Shown here in pieces: positions 61,409 through 64,000 of a stretch of DNA of 64,000 nucleotides (its first letter is position 1; each line of letters begins with the position of its first letter). Made by a program: the position numbers and the translations under genes. The notes under the pieces are model-generated. The model ran no database searches. It was not told the DNA's origin and saw only the letters and a list, made by a program, of their open reading frames with translations. The DNA comes from a virus: IMG/VR virus record IMGVR_UViG_3300046684_000205, positions 1-64,000 of that record; one strand, 5' to 3'.

Positions 61409-62319
61409 GTGTTCAACCCTTCAATTTCAAGTGCGCAGAGGTAGCCGTCGTAGTAAGGTATTGTAATAGAGAAAGACTTGTAGTAGCCATAAACAAGCAT
61501 CGGCTCGAAGCCTTCTGCGTCCACCCCGATGTAGACGCAGGGGGTTGCCCGGATACTGGCGAACAGCCGGTAGATCTTGTTGAAGTCAGCCTTCTTGATC
61601 CGGATCGACAAGGTATTCTGCTTGTTGTAGGTACGTTCCTCCACGTCGAGGTACCCGAACTCATCGGGGACCTTCGGGGAGAAGTCGTCAATTCCGATGG
61701 TGGGGTCGTACTGGGTATCTCCCACCTCAAACACTTTCCCCACCTGCAGCACGCCGATGGCGGCCGTGGTGGTCGACGAGATCGTGATCGTCAGCTCGCA
61801 GGCCATAAACATCGACGGCAGATCGGTCAGCACGAAATCCGTCTTCTGTTCCGGCTCGCCGAACAGGAAATCGTAGACGCTGTCAACCGTGCTGATATCG
61901 AGGTCGATATCCCTGCTGTAGACGACGGTGCCGCCGGGCCGGTCCTTCATGACGACGCTGGCCGAGCGACCCTCTGCCTCGAGAATAGCCAGGCTGTCGA
62001 TCGGGCCCGGCGTCAGCACGATGACGAGGTCACCCTGCGTCGATGTCTTGCTGCCGATCTTGCGGTCGAACATCGCCCACTGCTTGGTTGAGCCGTAAGT
62101 TTTCCAGTTGGCGGTGTCCTGGTCGGGCGACGTCGCGGTCGTCCCGGCCACCAGCCGCTTGTACACGGTATGGGTCTGGGTCAGGATGCAGGTGTCGCCA
62201 ACCGCATACGCTTGCAGCGGATCCCAGAGTGTCTCCCCCGGCGCCGGCTGCGTCACGGTGCAGTAAGTGAACATCTCGGTCGTGATCGGCACCGGCTTGA
62301 TCACCTTCATATTGCTCAT
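61405..62319 (-). CDS. Distal tail/baseplate-hub-type protein
   Basis: MKVIKP...WAMFD...IGIDDFS.K..DEFG...; follows the tape measure. Confidence 0.75.
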   Translation of the reverse strand: MSNMKVIKPVPITTEMFTYCTVTQPAPGETLWDPLQAYAVGDTCILTQTHTVYKRLVAGTTATSPDQDTANWKTYGSTKQWAMFDRKIGSKTSTQGDLVIVLTPGPIDSLAILEAEGRSASVVMKDRPGGTVVYSRDIDLDISTVDSVYDFLFGEPEQKTDFVLTDLPSMFMACELTITISSTTTAAIGVLQVGKVFEVGDTQYDPTIGIDDFSPKVPDEFGYLDVEERTYNKQNTLSIRIKKADFNKIYRLFASIRATPCVYIGVDAEGFEPMLVYGYYKSFSITIPYYDGYLCALEIEGLNT

Positions 62320-62331
62320 CGTGGTCCTTTA

Positions 62332-63999
62332 TCAGGCAGGGACAGGGGCAGGGAGAGGATCGGCCTGGCGGAATACGATCGCGTCGCCGTTGGGCGTCAC
62401 GCGCTTGAGGATCCGCACCAGCATGGCGGAGTGCGTGGCCACCGCACGCATTTCGAGGCGCATCAGGTCGAGCGTCTGGTTCATCGTGTTAAACGTGGAG
62501 ATGAACAGCGCGGTGTCGGACCTCGTCTGGGCGTCCGGCGTGCGCAGAGCGTTCAGCAGCGACTGCGTGCTGTGGATGCGCGCGGCGCCGGTGGCCTCGA
62601 TCTCCGGGCCAATCTCGCCGACCAGGCGCACGCCGCCACCAAAATCGCCGCCGCCGGCGAAGCCCGGGATGCCGAGTGCCTTCTGGTGCGACTTGTACTC
62701 GTTCGACGATTTGATGCCGGCTTCGATCTGGGAGATGGAAGCGCCACCGCTAAGCCAGAAACGCATGCCGGCAGCGTCTGCGGACCGGCCCAGCAGGCTC
62801 TGATACAGCTTCTGCACCTGCGCTTCGGGCGAGTTGCTGATCGCCTTGACCACTTCGTCCACCGAAGTGCCATTCGCCGCCTGCTTCTGCCAGAAGGACA
62901 GTCCATCCGCATCGGCTGCCCGGCCGAGGGAGTTCTGGTACGCCTGCGTGATTGCCGAAGTAGCGCCGACGGCAGGGTTCGCCTTGGCGGCGCCCATCGC
63001 CAGCTCGAAGTTCTGCATCGCCTGCGCCATCGTCAGGGTCGAGGTGTTGATGCCCTTAAGCAGATCCACCTGCTGCTTTATCGAGGTCAGCTGATCGTCC
63101 AGCGATTTCGACTGGGCCTTCATCTCGTCCAGCTGCTTCTGGGCGTCGGTCTTCTGCTTGGCGCTGACGGTATCGAGCTGCTGAACCTGGCGCAGCGTCT
63201 TGAGCCGGTCGAACGAGTAATCCTCGTAGGAGCTGAACTGAGACTTCGAATCCTTGGTGACCGTGTTCAGGGCATCCTGCAGTGCCGTCACCTGGGCGTC
63301 CGACAGCGGCGCGCCCGACTGCATCAGCGACAGCGACCGACCCAAGGTGTCCTGCGCAGCCTTGCGGTTGGCGATCGCCTCACTGGGCTCGTCAAGGCTC
63401 GACAGGGCGCTCTTGACCGAGCTGCTGATGCTGCTGAGTTTGCCCACCACCTCCGACTCGGTGTCGATGCGCTTTTGCAGCGCGGTCTTCTCGCGCTGGA
63501 TCACCGCTTCCAGCGTCGAGTATGCCGTGTCGACGGTCGACAGCAGGGCGCTCGGGCTGACGGCCTTCAGCGCCTGAATCTGGTCGAACAGCGCGCGGTT
63601 GGATTCGTCCAGCGCGTCACGCTGCTTGGCCAGCAGCTGGGTCGACGTCATCGTCAGCTCGTCCAGCTGGTCTTGCAGACCCTTGCGCTCGTCCAGCACG
63701 GCCTTCTGCACGTCGACGATCTGCTTGACCGCCGGCGCGATGTTCATCAAGGACGTGTAGGCTTCGGCGCCGGACTGGGTCGTGGTGTCGAATCCGGTGA
63801 CAAGATTGCGGAACAGCTTGCCAAGGTTCTCGCTGGACGCCGAGATGCCATACTGCGCGAGCGTCGGATTGATGCGGGCCGCCAGCGATGCCGCCTGCTC
63901 CTTGTCGCTGTAGAAGTTCTGCATCAGGTACTCACCCTGGCTCAGGAACTTGTCCAGCCCGCCGGACAGATCGATCAGGCGCTCGCGCGCGGCGAGCGA
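62332..63999 (-). CDS. Tail tape measure protein, C-terminal part (5' end beyond window) with tandem DUF4214-like repeats
   Basis: Frame open to the window edge; coiled coil; Y..LGR.AD..G..FW twice; FAGGG...LVGEIGPE. Confidence 0.88.
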   Translation of the reverse strand, partial: SLAARERLIDLSGGLDKFLSQGEYLMQNFYSDKEQAASLAARINPTLAQYGISASSENLGKLFRNLVTGFDTTTQSGAEAYTSLMNIAPAVKQIVDVQKAVLDERKGLQDQLDELTMTSTQLLAKQRDALDESNRALFDQIQALKAVSPSALLSTVDTAYSTLEAVIQREKTALQKRIDTESEVVGKLSSISSSVKSALSSLDEPSEAIANRKAAQDTLGRSLSLMQSGAPLSDAQVTALQDALNTVTKDSKSQFSSYEDYSFDRLKTLRQVQQLDTVSAKQKTDAQKQLDEMKAQSKSLDDQLTSIKQQVDLLKGINTSTLTMAQAMQNFELAMGAAKANPAVGATSAITQAYQNSLGRAADADGLSFWQKQAANGTSVDEVVKAISNSPEAQVQKLYQSLLGRSADAAGMRFWLSGGASISQIEAGIKSSNEYKSHQKALGIPGFAGGGDFGGGVRLVGEIGPEIEATGAARIHSTQSLLNALRTPDAQTRSDTALFISTFNTMNQTLDLMRLEMRAVATHSAMLVRILKRVTPNGDAIVFRQADPLPAPVPA

Positions 64000-64000
64000 A

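Larger units (their letters stand above)
1..64000. mobile_element. Segment of a large tailed dsDNA phage or prophage genome (early genes, replication arm, lysis and tail genes)
   Basis: Phage replication set (primase-helicase, Pol I, ligase, SbcCD), lysis cassette, tape-measure C-terminus and dense overlapping small ORFs. No host housekeeping operons. Confidence 0.95.

Noticed and set aside
1-64000. tRNA, rRNA or CRISPR features
   Set aside because: Intergenic spaces are too short and no such patterns were seen; a tRNAscan/Infernal run would confirm.

Overview
This is a 64 kb segment of one large, GC-rich tailed phage or prophage genome; a betaproteobacterial host is my inference from the gene families. 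There are no rRNA, tRNA or CRISPR features. Layout: (i) 1-25041 (+) is a dense, translationally coupled array of about 65 mostly small early/accessory genes, including RdgC, two mosaic Ea22-like polyproteins, a PAPS-reductase-like protein, RadC/JAB, a cupin, an HNH nuclease and a Cys-rich Fe-S-like protein. (ii) 25025-29368 (-) is an inverted accessory fibre module with an SGNH/SASA acetylesterase. (iii) 29551-55496 (+) is a replication, recombination and nucleotide-metabolism arm: second RdgC, C5 DNA methyltransferase, deaminase, SNF2 helicase, primase-helicase, putative SSB, DnaQ-like exonuclease, MazG, dNMP kinase, TraR/DksA, Pol I, ligase, ThyA, resolvase, HNH, SbcCD and an Xis-like protein. 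(iv) 55511-64000 (-) is the late arm with lysis genes, tail proteins and the tape-measure C-terminus. Best leads: a T2/T4 gene-32-type H-pseudoknot in the leader of the putative SSB gene; a C5 methyltransferase split over two fully overlapping frames with three repeated recognition modules; in-frame domain cassettes delimited by short exact DNA repeats; and exact repeats at gene junctions. All family calls come from motif recognition by eye; no searches were run.
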